A DNA stretch of 64,000 bases. Source: Anaerolineales bacterium (GTDB lineage: Bacteria > Chloroflexota > Anaerolineae > Anaerolineales > UBA4823). Position numbers and translations under genes: made by a program. The DNA lies in NCBI GenBank assembly GCA_041558875.1, contig JBFFEL010000005.1:8771-72770 (forward strand). The letters are read 5' to 3'. Under the pieces are notes generated by a model. That model made no database searches. It saw only the letters and a list, made by a program, of their open reading frames with translations, and had not been told where the DNA came from. Of the stretch, positions 1 through 10,096 are shown one piece after another. The stretch's first letter is position 1. Each line of letters begins with the position of its first letter.

Positions 1-1
1 G

Positions 2-145
2 CACGAACCTGGCTCTACCAGGATGGATGTATATCAATTCTTTAGACCCGGAAAATGGCAATTTGAATGTGGAGATTTTCACCTGGTTGATACCTTAGAG
101 TTATTTCGTAAGATAAAAGGTAAAGTTCATCTGAATGGAGCTTGA
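2..145 (+). CDS. C-terminal fragment of an unidentified protein (gene starts upstream of the window)
   Basis: Frame 2 is open from the window edge to TGA at 143-145 (..KWQFECGDFHLVDTLELFRKIKGKVHLNGA*). The stop abuts the GTG start of the next gene. No family recognised. Confidence 0.35.
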   Translation, partial: HEPGSTRMDVYQFFRPGKWQFECGDFHLVDTLELFRKIKGKVHLNGA

Positions 146-967
146 GTGAGCACGTTATATCTTGTCGCCACCCCGATCGGAAATCTAGAGGACATCACTC
201 AGCGGGCCCTACGGATCCTAGGACAGGTCGAGCTGATCGCGGCTGAAGACACCCGTCATACTGCGAAGCTGCTGAACCACTACGAAATCGAGAGCCCTTT
301 GACCAGCTTCCATGAGCACAGCAAACCCGGCAAGCTGCAACGTCTGTTGAAACACCTTGATCAGGGTGACCTGGCCTTGGTTTCAGATGCAGGTACACCC
401 GTTCTCAATGATCCCGGGTACGAACTGGTGAGGGGAGCGATTGAGGCCGGGCATGAAGTAAGCCCCATCCCCGGTCCCAGCGCCCCGATCAGTGCCATAA
501 TCGCTTCTGGACTTCCTGCGGACAGATTCCTCTACCTGGGATACCTGCCGCGCAAATCCTCGGAAAGGCGCCAGGCTGTACGGGAAGTCGCTGCTTTACC
601 ATATACCTTGATATTCTTTGAGACACCTCACCGTCTTTTAGAATCGTTACAGGACTTGTTGGAGGAATTGGGAGACAGGGACCTGGTCATCGCCAGGGAG
701 ATATCTAAGCTGCACGAAGAATTTTATCGGGGCCAAATCTCCAGTGCACTGGCCCACTTTGCTGACCATCCTCCCCGGGGTGAAATCACCCTTGTTCTGG
801 CTGGAAGTCTTCCGGAGGTAAAAACCTGGTCGAAAGAAGAACTATTGGCGGGCATAAAAGAGCGCAGATCACAGAACATGCCTCCAGCCCAGATCGCCAG
901 CCAGCTGTCAGCCGAATCGAACTGGCCAAGACGAGAAATATACCAGCTAATTATTGAAATGGATTGA
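146..967 (+). CDS. rsmI: 16S rRNA (cytidine1402-2'-O)-methyltransferase RsmI
   Basis: N-terminus LYLVATPIGNLEDITQRALRIL..AEDTRHT and the tetrapyrrole-methylase-like fold motifs are typical of RsmI. 273 aa. Confidence 0.9.
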   Translation: MSTLYLVATPIGNLEDITQRALRILGQVELIAAEDTRHTAKLLNHYEIESPLTSFHEHSKPGKLQRLLKHLDQGDLALVSDAGTPVLNDPGYELVRGAIEAGHEVSPIPGPSAPISAIIASGLPADRFLYLGYLPRKSSERRQAVREVAALPYTLIFFETPHRLLESLQDLLEELGDRDLVIAREISKLHEEFYRGQISSALAHFADHPPRGEITLVLAGSLPEVKTWSKEELLAGIKERRSQNMPPAQIASQLSAESNWPRREIYQLIIEMD

Positions 968-976
968 GGAATTCAG

Positions 977-2038
977 ATGAATCTTGACGATCACGCCCTT
1001 TTTGCGAACATCGATCTACAGGACATGCACGCGCATATTGATGGTTTACCCAGCCAACTGGATGCTGCCTGGGATCTTGGAAACAGTCTACCACTTCCAA
1101 CCTGGGAGGGCATTGAAAAGGTCCTCGTGGCGGGCATGGGGGGATCAGCGATCGGCGCCGACCTGGTAGCAGCCTATATCTCCACGCAATGTCCCGTACC
1201 GGTTGCCGTGCATCGTAATTACTCTCTCCCTGCCTGGGCAGATGGCGAGAACACCTTAGTGATCGCCTCCTCACATTCGGGCAACACAGAGGAGACTATC
1301 TCCTCTTTCAATGCCGCTCAAGAGAGAAACTGCCGCGTACTCGCCCTGACGACTGGAGGGAAACTGGCGGAGTTAATCCAGGACTCTGGAGGTGTACTGT
1401 GGCAGTTCGAACACCACGGACAACCCCGGGCAGCGGTCGGTTTTTCTGCTGGACTTCTACTGGCAGCCTTTTCCTGTTTGGGATTAATCCCGAACCCTGA
1501 AAGTGAGATCAGGGACGCTGTTGACGCGATGCGCCACCAACAAGAGAATTTGCGACCCGAGGTGCCTGCCTCAGGAAACCTCGCCAAACGCCTGGCTGGC
1601 CAGATCTATGGTCGTTGGGTCGCGATCTTTGGTGCTGACATCCTTGAACCTGTCGCAAGACGCTGGAAATGCCAGATCAGCGAGATCGGCAAAGCATGGG
1701 GACAATTCGAAGGTCTCCCCGAAGTTGACCACAACACCCTGGCCGGATTGATGTTCCCCGAGGCTGCTTTGACCCAAACCATGGCGCTTTTCCTGCGTTC
1801 TCCTTCCTACCTTCCTCGCAACATGCTGCGCACCGATTTGACCAAATCGGCCTTCATGGTAGAAGGTCTCAATACAGATTTTATTGATGCGCAGGGAGAT
1901 ACGCTACTTGCCCAGCAATGGACCGCGCTCCATCTCGGGGATTACACGGCTTACTATTTAGCGATGGCCTATGAAGTCGATCCCACTGCAATCCCCACGA
2001 TCGACATGCTCAAAGGACAAATGTCCAGCAGCGCTTAA
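977..2038 (+). CDS. Bifunctional phosphoglucose/phosphomannose isomerase (SIS domain)
   Basis: GMGGSAIGADL and SHSGNTEET SIS motifs. The ~350 aa length is typical of the PGI/PMI family. GAGGAA lies upstream of the ATG. Confidence 0.8.
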   Translation: MNLDDHALFANIDLQDMHAHIDGLPSQLDAAWDLGNSLPLPTWEGIEKVLVAGMGGSAIGADLVAAYISTQCPVPVAVHRNYSLPAWADGENTLVIASSHSGNTEETISSFNAAQERNCRVLALTTGGKLAELIQDSGGVLWQFEHHGQPRAAVGFSAGLLLAAFSCLGLIPNPESEIRDAVDAMRHQQENLRPEVPASGNLAKRLAGQIYGRWVAIFGADILEPVARRWKCQISEIGKAWGQFEGLPEVDHNTLAGLMFPEAALTQTMALFLRSPSYLPRNMLRTDLTKSAFMVEGLNTDFIDAQGDTLLAQQWTALHLGDYTAYYLAMAYEVDPTAIPTIDMLKGQMSSSA

Positions 2039-2053
2039 TCACGGCACCCTAAT

Positions 2054-2563
2054 TTATACAAACAACACCACCAATACTCCGATTATCAAGCCCAACAGCA
2101 TCCCGGCCAGGATGTCTGAAGGATAATGCACACCCAGAATGATCCGTGCCAGGCCAACCAGTGGCGCCCAGATCAGCAATGCCAGACCCAGCCACAATGG
2201 GCCCAACCCAACTCCGATCACTGCCAGCATAGTGCTGCGAGCTGCATGTCCAGATGGAAAGGAATGTGGATCCGTGCTGCGGTAGATCTGCCCCCATTCA
2301 CCTTGCGGTCTGCTCCGCCGCACAGTGAACTTGATCACCATGACGACCACGGCAGTGATAACAATACCGATGATCATTACCAGCGCCAGCTGCTTCCACT
2401 CTTCAGCGCCCAGCCACCAAAGTAACCCTAATCCGAGTAGCCAAAACCATGAATCACCCGAGTGAGCCAGGACAATTGCTAAAGCGCGAATAAAACTGGT
2501 CTGTTCACTGGTTCTTGATGCGCCAGCAAAACGCTCATCCAGCTCTTGGATCCGTCGCAGCAT
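2054..2563 (-). CDS. PAP2-family (type 2 phosphatidic acid / undecaprenyl-PP-like) phosphatase, membrane protein
   Basis: PAP2 signature elements RRSRP..PSGHAA..GVHYPSDILAG, with several hydrophobic helices. Confidence 0.8.
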   Translation of the reverse strand: MLRRIQELDERFAGASRTSEQTSFIRALAIVLAHSGDSWFWLLGLGLLWWLGAEEWKQLALVMIIGIVITAVVVMVIKFTVRRSRPQGEWGQIYRSTDPHSFPSGHAARSTMLAVIGVGLGPLWLGLALLIWAPLVGLARIILGVHYPSDILAGMLLGLIIGVLVVLFV

Positions 2564-2572
2564 AGGGGGGAA

Positions 2573-3358
2573 TCAGGCGCTCGCAACCTGCTGTTGGTGC
2601 ATCAGTTCAGCCCGGACGATCTCAAGCTGGTGTGGTTTGTCAACATCCATGCCAACCTCGGCATACGGGCTGAATACTGCTTCTCCGGTAATATCCATTC
2701 GCTTGGTCACCCGTTTCACCGCTCCTTCTATCGTCAGCTGGCGAGAAAGTAATAGAAACAGGTTCCCGTAACCAAGCAAAGCGGCCTGTTTGAATACATT
2801 CTTTCGAGCGGCGATGATGCGATCCCATAATTCATCATTTGATCTAACTGTGTTTGCCCGGATCATGTTCATATCTCCCCCACAAACTTCTGCATCTTTC
2901 AACCGCGTGTATGATCGGTTGGAGTTGGGAAACCGCTCCTCCATCACCTTGCGCCTGATCACCGTGTAATAAAGATCGAGATCGGTCTCCTGGTTTTTTC
3001 TCACCATCCAGTCAACCATCTCGGAGTTGATCGTTGGGATATCAGAGGAGACGCCCAGCACATGCCGCGCCTGCGGATTAATTTCCAGGACTTTTTCGAT
3101 CCCCGCTCTCACGTTTTGGAGCATTCCTCCCTGATTGGGGACATAAGTGATCTCTTTCGCACACTCCAAACCATCACCTTCAGAGAGTCCGATCAATACT
3201 ACCCGAAGTATGGTCTCGGCTCCTCCTAAGGCATCCAAAACCCACTGCACCATGGGCTTACCAGCAATATCTAAGAGCGCTTTTGGTTGGCCTTGGGTGT
3301 ATTCGTATAATGGGTCGCCAGGCTCCGGTATCCCACCGGCAATTACAATCGCGTCCAT
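2573..3358 (-). CDS. MobA-like NTP transferase / nucleotidyltransferase family protein
   Basis: N-terminus AIVIAGGIPEPGDPLY...KALLDIAGKPMVQWVLDAL is a nucleotide-diphospho-sugar transferase G-loop. Its start lies 1 nt after the stop of the upstream gene. Confidence 0.7.
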   Translation of the reverse strand: MDAIVIAGGIPEPGDPLYEYTQGQPKALLDIAGKPMVQWVLDALGGAETILRVVLIGLSEGDGLECAKEITYVPNQGGMLQNVRAGIEKVLEINPQARHVLGVSSDIPTINSEMVDWMVRKNQETDLDLYYTVIRRKVMEERFPNSNRSYTRLKDAEVCGGDMNMIRANTVRSNDELWDRIIAARKNVFKQAALLGYGNLFLLLSRQLTIEGAVKRVTKRMDITGEAVFSPYAEVGMDVDKPHQLEIVRAELMHQQQVASA

Positions 3359-3359
3359 G

Positions 3360-4259
3360 TTAATTTAACTCCTGCAGTTGAGGTTCAAACCCCAGTTGGT
3401 CAAGCAGTTCTTTTAATTCATCGTTTCTAAGCACCCGTCCCTTACCCGATACTGCGATCAGGGCTGCTTCCAGCATATTCGCGCCAAACGATCGTCCATC
3501 CATCACCGGGCTTGTTGTAACCAGGTATTTTACGCCCGCCGTTCGGAACAATTCAACATCCTCGGGTGTAGTTGTGTTTGTGGCGATGATTTTCCCTTCC
3601 AGACGGTTTGGCATGTGCCGTTTGACATAATGGCAATCTCCAGCGATTACTGTACCCCAGAGATAATGCTCTTCCCACTTGGGATCACGGATTTCTTGCT
3701 TCTCACCTGTTGGGTAGATCCATTCAAATGGCAAACGTCCCGCGATCGGCATCAAAATTGAGGCCAGGGTTTTCAAACCGCTCGCTGAGCGAACGGCAAA
3801 GGGCAGACCTAAGCCAAACATCAAATCCCCAAATACACAATCATAACCAGCATCCAGGAACGAATTGGTCAAACCCCAGCGATCGGCTCCCAATGTAATG
3901 AACGCTTTTTTCTCTTGTATGTAATCGCCAATCTGGGTATCTATGAACGGTGCCAGATCGTTTTCAAGGGTGTTTTTAATGCCCACACCATCAACTAATG
4001 GGGTTTTCTTGACAAAGCGTACCATCGGTTGCACTGAATAGAGCGGGTACCATTTCTCTTCCACCAGCACGCCTAAATCCGCTCCCCCAACCCCAAAGGC
4101 GTCTACCTCTCCATCCAGATCTTTGTACAGCTGGGCAGCTTTCTCCATATCGCCATCTGTACCGATACGCTCGATCCGCACCTGTTCTCCAAGCAGTTCA
4201 ATTTCAATAGATTTGTCACGTTTGGATGAACCCAAGCTGATACTCACAGCGCGCTTCAT
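3360..4259 (-). CDS. Uncharacterised conserved protein (family often labelled 'quinate 5-dehydrogenase' in databases; function unproven)
   Basis: I place the start at ATG 4259 (MKRAVSISLGSSKRD..), preceded by AAGGAG 9 nt upstream. The longer track ORF (to 4379) lacks an RBS. The motif SISLGSSKRD..IERIGTDGD recalls that family from memory only. Confidence 0.6.
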   Translation of the reverse strand: MKRAVSISLGSSKRDKSIEIELLGEQVRIERIGTDGDMEKAAQLYKDLDGEVDAFGVGGADLGVLVEEKWYPLYSVQPMVRFVKKTPLVDGVGIKNTLENDLAPFIDTQIGDYIQEKKAFITLGADRWGLTNSFLDAGYDCVFGDLMFGLGLPFAVRSASGLKTLASILMPIAGRLPFEWIYPTGEKQEIRDPKWEEHYLWGTVIAGDCHYVKRHMPNRLEGKIIATNTTTPEDVELFRTAGVKYLVTTSPVMDGRSFGANMLEAALIAVSGKGRVLRNDELKELLDQLGFEPQLQELN

Positions 4260-4502
4260 AGTCTGTCTCTCCTTATTTTTTGAGGATCCTACGGGCGATT
4301 GAGTTCGACTGCCTTGCGTCTCTCTTTCCTTAGGTATATCCATGAGTATACACCGAACTTCTGGAAATAGAGAACCCATCGCGGGCTGACCAATGAGAAT
4401 TACTTTTCCTGAGATAATATATATCTTTCACCAAATTACCTGGGTTATAATCAATCTGCCAGAATCATAATCAGCTGATTTATAAATCAGGAGGCATGTC
4501 CA

Positions 4503-5450
4503 GTGAATCTTCCCAGGTTTGCATACTTTAAAGGTGAAATTGTCCCTTATTCGGAAGCCAAGGTTGGGGTTTTGACCCACGGTTTAAATTACGGCACTGG
4601 AGTATTTGCAGGTGTCCGGGCTTATTGGAATGAAGAACAGGAACAGCTTTACATCTTTCGACCAGTTGAGCACTTTCAACGGCTTTTACATTCAGCCAAA
4701 GTCATGCTCATGGATTTTGAGTATACGCCAGAAAGCCTGACTCAAATTACACTCGAATTGCTGCGAAAGGAAGATTATCGCCGTGACATTTACATCCGCC
4801 CGCTGGCTTATAAGGCTGATGAGATCGTAGGCGTCAAATTACACGGTTTGATCGACGAGTTAACCATTGCCGCGCTGCCCTTCGACAGCTATGTTGCCAA
4901 CGACACTGACGCGCACGTCACATTTTCCTCATGGCGGCGGCTGGACGATAACATGATCCCCGCCCGTGGAAAAGTGAGCGGCGCTTATGCCAACTCGGCT
5001 TTGATCAAGAGTGATGCGGTCCAATCAGGTTTCGATGAGGCGCTGGTTCTCACTCAGGACGGCCATGTCTCAGAAGGCAGTGCGATGAACATCTTCATGG
5101 TCCGCAACGGTGTATTGATCACTCCTACCATTACGGAGAATATCCTGGAAGGAATCACTCGCCGGACAGCTATCGAACTCGCCCGCCAGGAGATAGGGAT
5201 CGAAGTCATTGAACGCCCGATAGATCGAACCGAGATTTATCTGAGCGAAGAGCTTTTCATGACCGGCACAGCCGCCCAAATTGTGGCTATCACTAAAGTC
5301 GATCACCGCCAAATTGGGTCAGGAGATATGGGACCAATCGCCACTCGGTTGAGAGAACTTTACCAACAAGTTGTCCGGGGAAATCTGGCCAAATATCGTC
5401 ATTGGAACACCCCGGTCTACTCAACTGAAAAAATCACCGCCGCCGATTGA
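4503..5450 (+). CDS. ilvE: Branched-chain amino acid aminotransferase
   Basis: Class IV aminotransferase features (GLNYGTGVFAGVRAY, the EGSAMNIF region). GTG start with GGAGG 8 nt upstream. Confidence 0.9.
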   Translation: MNLPRFAYFKGEIVPYSEAKVGVLTHGLNYGTGVFAGVRAYWNEEQEQLYIFRPVEHFQRLLHSAKVMLMDFEYTPESLTQITLELLRKEDYRRDIYIRPLAYKADEIVGVKLHGLIDELTIAALPFDSYVANDTDAHVTFSSWRRLDDNMIPARGKVSGAYANSALIKSDAVQSGFDEALVLTQDGHVSEGSAMNIFMVRNGVLITPTITENILEGITRRTAIELARQEIGIEVIERPIDRTEIYLSEELFMTGTAAQIVAITKVDHRQIGSGDMGPIATRLRELYQQVVRGNLAKYRHWNTPVYSTEKITAAD

Positions 5451-5460
5451 TCGACCTTCA

Positions 5461-6807
5461 TCAGGATACAGGCCATACCTGAGATACCCTTTTCGGAAAC
5501 AGGATATCCAGGAGCACTGCCGCCTGGTCTTCTTTAGCCCAACAATCCGCGAAAGCATATCTCAGTTCGCTCAAATCGCGATAGCCAAACAATAACTGCA
5601 AAAAAGTCAGTTCTGGAAATCCCGCGTCTCCCGAATTCAGGATGGGCTCTGGTTTCCACTCTTCGACCTCAACCAGGCGACCGTTTTCGAACATCAGCCT
5701 TATACCCTCACCATAGAATGTGATTTTTAATTCGCCGCTGTGCCCAACCATCGGTGAATCCGCCAATCTCTTCTCGAGCTCGGGAGTAATAAGCTTGATG
5801 AAGCCGGGTAGATCCGGTACTCGCAAGTACCAGGCGTAAGGATGTCTAACCCTGGATAGCCTGTTAGGGATTACCTGGTATACCGGATGCTCACCTCCCA
5901 ACCAGAAGCCAAAAGCTTCAAAATCTACGTCTTTTCCATCCTCGGTGGAATATGCTTCTCCAGTTGATTGCAGATATCGGATCACAGAAGGGGTCACGGA
6001 TGCCCAAGATATACCTGGCTTGACTTCATAACTTATGGCCGGCATCATCGCCCCCCACCGATAGGGCGGATGGACTACATACCCTACAATGCCGTCAGAT
6101 TGAGATTCGATTATCCTGATCACCTCATAATTAACATTTTGTGGGCTCTTGCCATTTAATTCATAAGCCCACATCTCCTCGTCTCTGACACAGCTCACCA
6201 GGTAGCGTTTATTTGCTGACAAATCCAATTCTGCCAGAAAAGGAAGATCCGATTCCTCAGCTGGGCGCAGCTGATACGGTTCATCCCCTTTTAATTCGGG
6301 TATTTGTGGCTTAAATCCAGCCCGGCCTCCCCCCAGATTTAAAGCCATTTCGTATCCGAACAGACGATAGTAGTAAGGAATGCCGGTGATCCCCAGCACC
6401 ATCTCACCCCTATCAGCACTCCAGCGATGAACCACCTCGAACTGGGCGCGAATTAAACCCTGTCCCCGGAATTCTGGATCCGTTCCGACGAGCTCCGGGC
6501 GTCCGGCTTTGAAGTGAATGCCTGCATAGGACCAGGTTTGTGAGATCAATCCCAGAGATGATACGATCCTCTTGGTGTCAACCTCTTCCACCAAGGTAAA
6601 ATCACTTATCTTGAAAGTCGGGTGGGGGCGAGTCATCAAATCCCGGGTCCACATGCCTACCCGTTCGTCTGGTTCTTTTGAACCTTCATGCTGGTGTATG
6701 TGGGCGTTAAATGTTGAAAGCGCATCCGCATCAGCCAGGGTAGCCTGGCGCAAAACTAGCCCATCGCCCAATTCCGTGATCAATAGACTCTCTCCTTGAC
6801 TCATCAT
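5461..6807 (-). CDS. GNAT-family N-acetyltransferase, Eis-like multi-domain (GNAT + C-terminal SCP2-like region)
   Basis: The acetyl-CoA motif region FRGQGLIRAQF and the ~450 aa length resemble Eis-type enzymes. Convergent with ilvE, 10 nt apart. Confidence 0.7.
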   Translation of the reverse strand: MMSQGESLLITELGDGLVLRQATLADADALSTFNAHIHQHEGSKEPDERVGMWTRDLMTRPHPTFKISDFTLVEEVDTKRIVSSLGLISQTWSYAGIHFKAGRPELVGTDPEFRGQGLIRAQFEVVHRWSADRGEMVLGITGIPYYYRLFGYEMALNLGGGRAGFKPQIPELKGDEPYQLRPAEESDLPFLAELDLSANKRYLVSCVRDEEMWAYELNGKSPQNVNYEVIRIIESQSDGIVGYVVHPPYRWGAMMPAISYEVKPGISWASVTPSVIRYLQSTGEAYSTEDGKDVDFEAFGFWLGGEHPVYQVIPNRLSRVRHPYAWYLRVPDLPGFIKLITPELEKRLADSPMVGHSGELKITFYGEGIRLMFENGRLVEVEEWKPEPILNSGDAGFPELTFLQLLFGYRDLSELRYAFADCWAKEDQAAVLLDILFPKRVSQVWPVS

Positions 6808-7025
6808 CGAAGCCTCAATTAATCGTAATAATTTTATCGCGAACCGCGCATCCTTAGCATGTCCTCGCGGATTCGTGGCGATGATCTCTGCCGCTAGTTA
6901 TTTAGTTCAGAATAATCGTCCCAATCCATGGATAGAGATCTATCATCTCCTCCAACCCGCCCCTTGAGTCAGACCACAACTACGAACTAATTTGAAATTT
7001 CCGTATCTCGCAGGGAATAATACTT

Positions 7026-8603
7026 TTACGACAAAATGGGTAAAACGATGGTAAATGTTGTCCCCTGTCCTGGTTGGCTGTCAACCAATATCTGGCCCCC
7101 ATGTCTCGTGATGATCTGGTGGCATACCGCCAGGCCTAATCCGGTTCCATGACCAGGTTCCTTGGTCGTATAAAAAGGTTCAAAGATGTGCGAAATATCC
7201 TCAGGGGAGATGCCCACTCCATCATCAGCAATTGAAACCTGGATGGCTTCTCCCGTGTTTACCGTCTTGATCGAGATTTCCCCAGGACCATCTTCAATCG
7301 CATCAATGGCATTAATCAATAAGTTTAGCCAGACACCTTGCAGATGATCCTGGCTTGCGTTGACTTTTGGCAAATCCATTGCCGGGTCAAACTTTAAGGA
7401 GATCCTCCGCTTGCCCAGCTCATGCCCGATTAATCCTAATGTCCGGTGAATTGTCTCATTGAGATCAGTAGGAGCGAGCTCATACCGTTCACGCCTGGCG
7501 AAATCGAGCAGCTCGCGCACAGCCTGGGAAGCTCGTGCTGTTGCCTGGATGATTAACTCCGTCATTTCCAGCAGATCTTCATCTTGGGTAGGTAAGCTGC
7601 GTTGAAGAAGCTGCGCATTAGCAAGGATGATCGTCAGGGGATTGTTTATCTCATGGGCAACACCAGCAGCCAGCTGCCCTACCGAAGCCAATTTCTCGGA
7701 CTGGGCTAGAGTAGCCTGCATATGCTGGCGTTCGGTAACATCTTCCTCAAACAAAAATGCCTGCACCACTTGCCGCTCATTATCCCAGATCGGGAAAGTG
7801 CTGATCTCATGTTCAATTGGGCTAACTGCGCCCATTCCTCGCCGTTCAATCCTCCTGGTAATCTCCCCTGTCTGGAATGTCTTCCCGACCAGGCAACCTG
7901 GACAGGGGGTTTCTCGTTGGTGAAGTACAGAGAAGCACTGCCTCCCAACCAATTCCTGTGGCGCTTTGCCTGCCAGTTCAGCCCGTCTCATATTAATTGC
8001 CATCAGGTTATAAGCCGGATCGATGATATAGATTGAACTCGGGCTGCTATCGAAGAGTGCTCGCAGTGTGTTGCGGGAATTAAGCAATTGATCCTGAAAA
8101 GTTTGCATCGCCCGGATCTTTTCCTCCGTCCGGTAAGCGAGTTTAGACCTAGCAATATTATGGGCGATCCCTTCGCTGACCGCAGTTAATAATTCTGGAT
8201 CAAAAGTCTCCTCCTCAAATTCCAGCTCAATGACCCCGACGGTCTCTTCATACGCAACCATGGGGCTGTAAATGAGGCACTCCCCTGGAGATCTGAACTG
8301 AGTTCCTGTTTCCATCACTTCGCGGATCACCTGGTTGTCATCAAGGGGAATCAGCTGATGATTAAACTGCTTTCCTGAAGTCTGCGACAATTTGTCCACG
8401 AATTCAGGCCTGGAATCGTCATAAAAATACAAACACCCAGATTTAGCATCCAGCATTTGCAAAATGCTCTCTACCATCCAGGCCTGTACCTCTTCCATCT
8501 CGGTATCGAGAGAGGACAGTTTTGCGAGGAAGCTCAGTCCAGCAAGATTTCCACCCTTCTGCATACCACTCACTTTTTGTCCCTCTAAAGTGGGTGAAAT
8601 CAT
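7026..8603 (-). CDS. Sensor histidine kinase with GAF-like and PAS sensor domains
   Basis: H-box AHEINNPLT, N-box LNLLINAIDA, and G-boxes DDGVGI and GTGLGL. Start chosen at ATG 8603 (AAGGA upstream), downstream of the regulator stop at 8644. The track ORF extends to 8723. Confidence 0.85.
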   Translation of the reverse strand: MISPTLEGQKVSGMQKGGNLAGLSFLAKLSSLDTEMEEVQAWMVESILQMLDAKSGCLYFYDDSRPEFVDKLSQTSGKQFNHQLIPLDDNQVIREVMETGTQFRSPGECLIYSPMVAYEETVGVIELEFEEETFDPELLTAVSEGIAHNIARSKLAYRTEEKIRAMQTFQDQLLNSRNTLRALFDSSPSSIYIIDPAYNLMAINMRRAELAGKAPQELVGRQCFSVLHQRETPCPGCLVGKTFQTGEITRRIERRGMGAVSPIEHEISTFPIWDNERQVVQAFLFEEDVTERQHMQATLAQSEKLASVGQLAAGVAHEINNPLTIILANAQLLQRSLPTQDEDLLEMTELIIQATARASQAVRELLDFARRERYELAPTDLNETIHRTLGLIGHELGKRRISLKFDPAMDLPKVNASQDHLQGVWLNLLINAIDAIEDGPGEISIKTVNTGEAIQVSIADDGVGISPEDISHIFEPFYTTKEPGHGTGLGLAVCHQIITRHGGQILVDSQPGQGTTFTIVLPILS

Positions 8604-8643
8604 CGCCCGGAAATCCTTTCTTTGAATGCCAAACAGATCACTC

Positions 8644-9441
8644 CTATGGGGATTTATTGTCGATCGTATAACCGTAGCCAGGTACTGTGCGGATAAAATC
8701 TGGAGATTTTGGATCCGTCTCAACCTTATCCCTTAAGTTCTTGATATGTACCCGGACCAAATCTGGGCTGCCCGTATCGAGCGGATAATTCCATACTTCG
8801 TCCAGGAGCCGTCCGGGTGAATAGATCTTTCCAGAATTGCTCATCATATGGTGAACAAGATCGAATTGAATGGGGGTCAACCGCACCACACCTCGGCCTG
8901 GAGTATGCAGCTCGTAAGACTGGGTATCCAGGACAAAGTCACCTGTCACCAGCGTGAAACTGCCAGCCGGTGTGTTCTTTTGTGCTTGGAGTTCCTGCAA
9001 CGCTTTACGAGCGAGTGGAGAAGTGATCATTTCTGGAGAAGCTAGTGGCTGTTGTGTTTCTAGCTTACTCGTTCGTCTTAAGATCGCTCGCACGCGCAGA
9101 ATGAGTTCATCAATGTTGAAGGGCTTGGTGAGATAATCATCCGCACCAGCTAAAAATCCATTGACTCTATCTTCCTCCTTGATCTTAGCCGTCAAGAACA
9201 GAATTGGTATTTCAGCGAGCCGGGCATCGGCACGCATGGAACGGCAAACCTCATAGCCGTCCATTTCCGGCATGATCACATCCAGAATAACCAGATCTGG
9301 CGGTTGTTTGCGAGCTAAATTGAGCCCCTCTAAACCGTTATCTGCCAGGCTGATCTGGTATTCTCCGTTATTCAGGCTGCGTTCAACCGTCCGGGATACG
9401 AGATCATCATCCTCAATAATCAAAATTTGAGCTGGTCTCAT
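8644..9441 (-). CDS. OmpR/PhoB-family response regulator (REC + winged-helix), long interdomain linker
   Basis: The REC motifs are IIEDDD, DLVILDVIMPEMDG and LTAK. The C-terminal Trans_reg_C motif is LTPIQFDLVHHM..VWNY......VRVHIKNLRDK..IRTVPGYGY. Confidence 0.9.
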   Translation of the reverse strand: MRPAQILIIEDDDLVSRTVERSLNNGEYQISLADNGLEGLNLARKQPPDLVILDVIMPEMDGYEVCRSMRADARLAEIPILFLTAKIKEEDRVNGFLAGADDYLTKPFNIDELILRVRAILRRTSKLETQQPLASPEMITSPLARKALQELQAQKNTPAGSFTLVTGDFVLDTQSYELHTPGRGVVRLTPIQFDLVHHMMSNSGKIYSPGRLLDEVWNYPLDTGSPDLVRVHIKNLRDKVETDPKSPDFIRTVPGYGYTIDNKSP

Positions 9442-9619
9442 GCTCTTCCTTATTTCGCTTGCTCTCCCCTCCCAATAAGAATTAACGTCGCCGGGATTGT
9501 ATCATGCAGCACACCCAATTTACCTGACCCCCTTAAAAGGTGACCAGACAATCTTGTTAGGTCTTCTCTGCAGTTTTTTGTCAAGGTAGAAGGAAAATCG
9601 AGCTTTTCACCTTTGGAGA

Positions 9620-10096
9620 TCAATCAAGCTGTCTCTCAACATGACCATCCGGTGACATTTGGACTATGATTCCACCGGCCAGTTCGCTTTCCAGTGCCAG
9701 TTCGAGATGATCCAATCTGACGATCGTGATCGGTGAATGTTGGACGACCTGCACCCAATAATCCATCACCAGCCCGTACGACTGCAGATAAGCTCGCCTG
9801 TCTGGGGGAAAGTCTGCTTTAAACCTGACCACCTTCGCATGGGAGCCCGGGGGCACATCTGCCAACGTCATTTGCCCATTCTGGTCAATAGAATTGCTCG
9901 CCGATGAGCGTCTTCTGGATATAAATCGTGCCAGACGGATAAATTTCGATCTCCGTGGGTCAATAGTCTGGTAGCCACAATTCGGGCAGCAGACCAGGTC
10001 GCATCCTGAATGCATCGGACAATTTTGACAGGCAAGATGCAGGTCAGGATCATATTTCTGGCCGCACATTGAGCACCCAATTCCTTGCTTTTTCAT
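9620..10096 (-). CDS. feoA: FeoA-domain protein with N-terminal Cys-rich (zinc-ribbon-like) extension
   Basis: The C-terminal half (LADVPPGSHAKVVRF...LQSYGLVMDYWVQVV) is a FeoA/SH3-like domain. The N-terminal part is CSMCGQ..CQNCPMHSGCDLVCCPNCG. ATG 10096 overlaps the feoB stop (ATGA). Confidence 0.8.
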   Translation of the reverse strand: MKKQGIGCSMCGQKYDPDLHLACQNCPMHSGCDLVCCPNCGYQTIDPRRSKFIRLARFISRRRSSASNSIDQNGQMTLADVPPGSHAKVVRFKADFPPDRRAYLQSYGLVMDYWVQVVQHSPITIVRLDHLELALESELAGGIIVQMSPDGHVERQLD

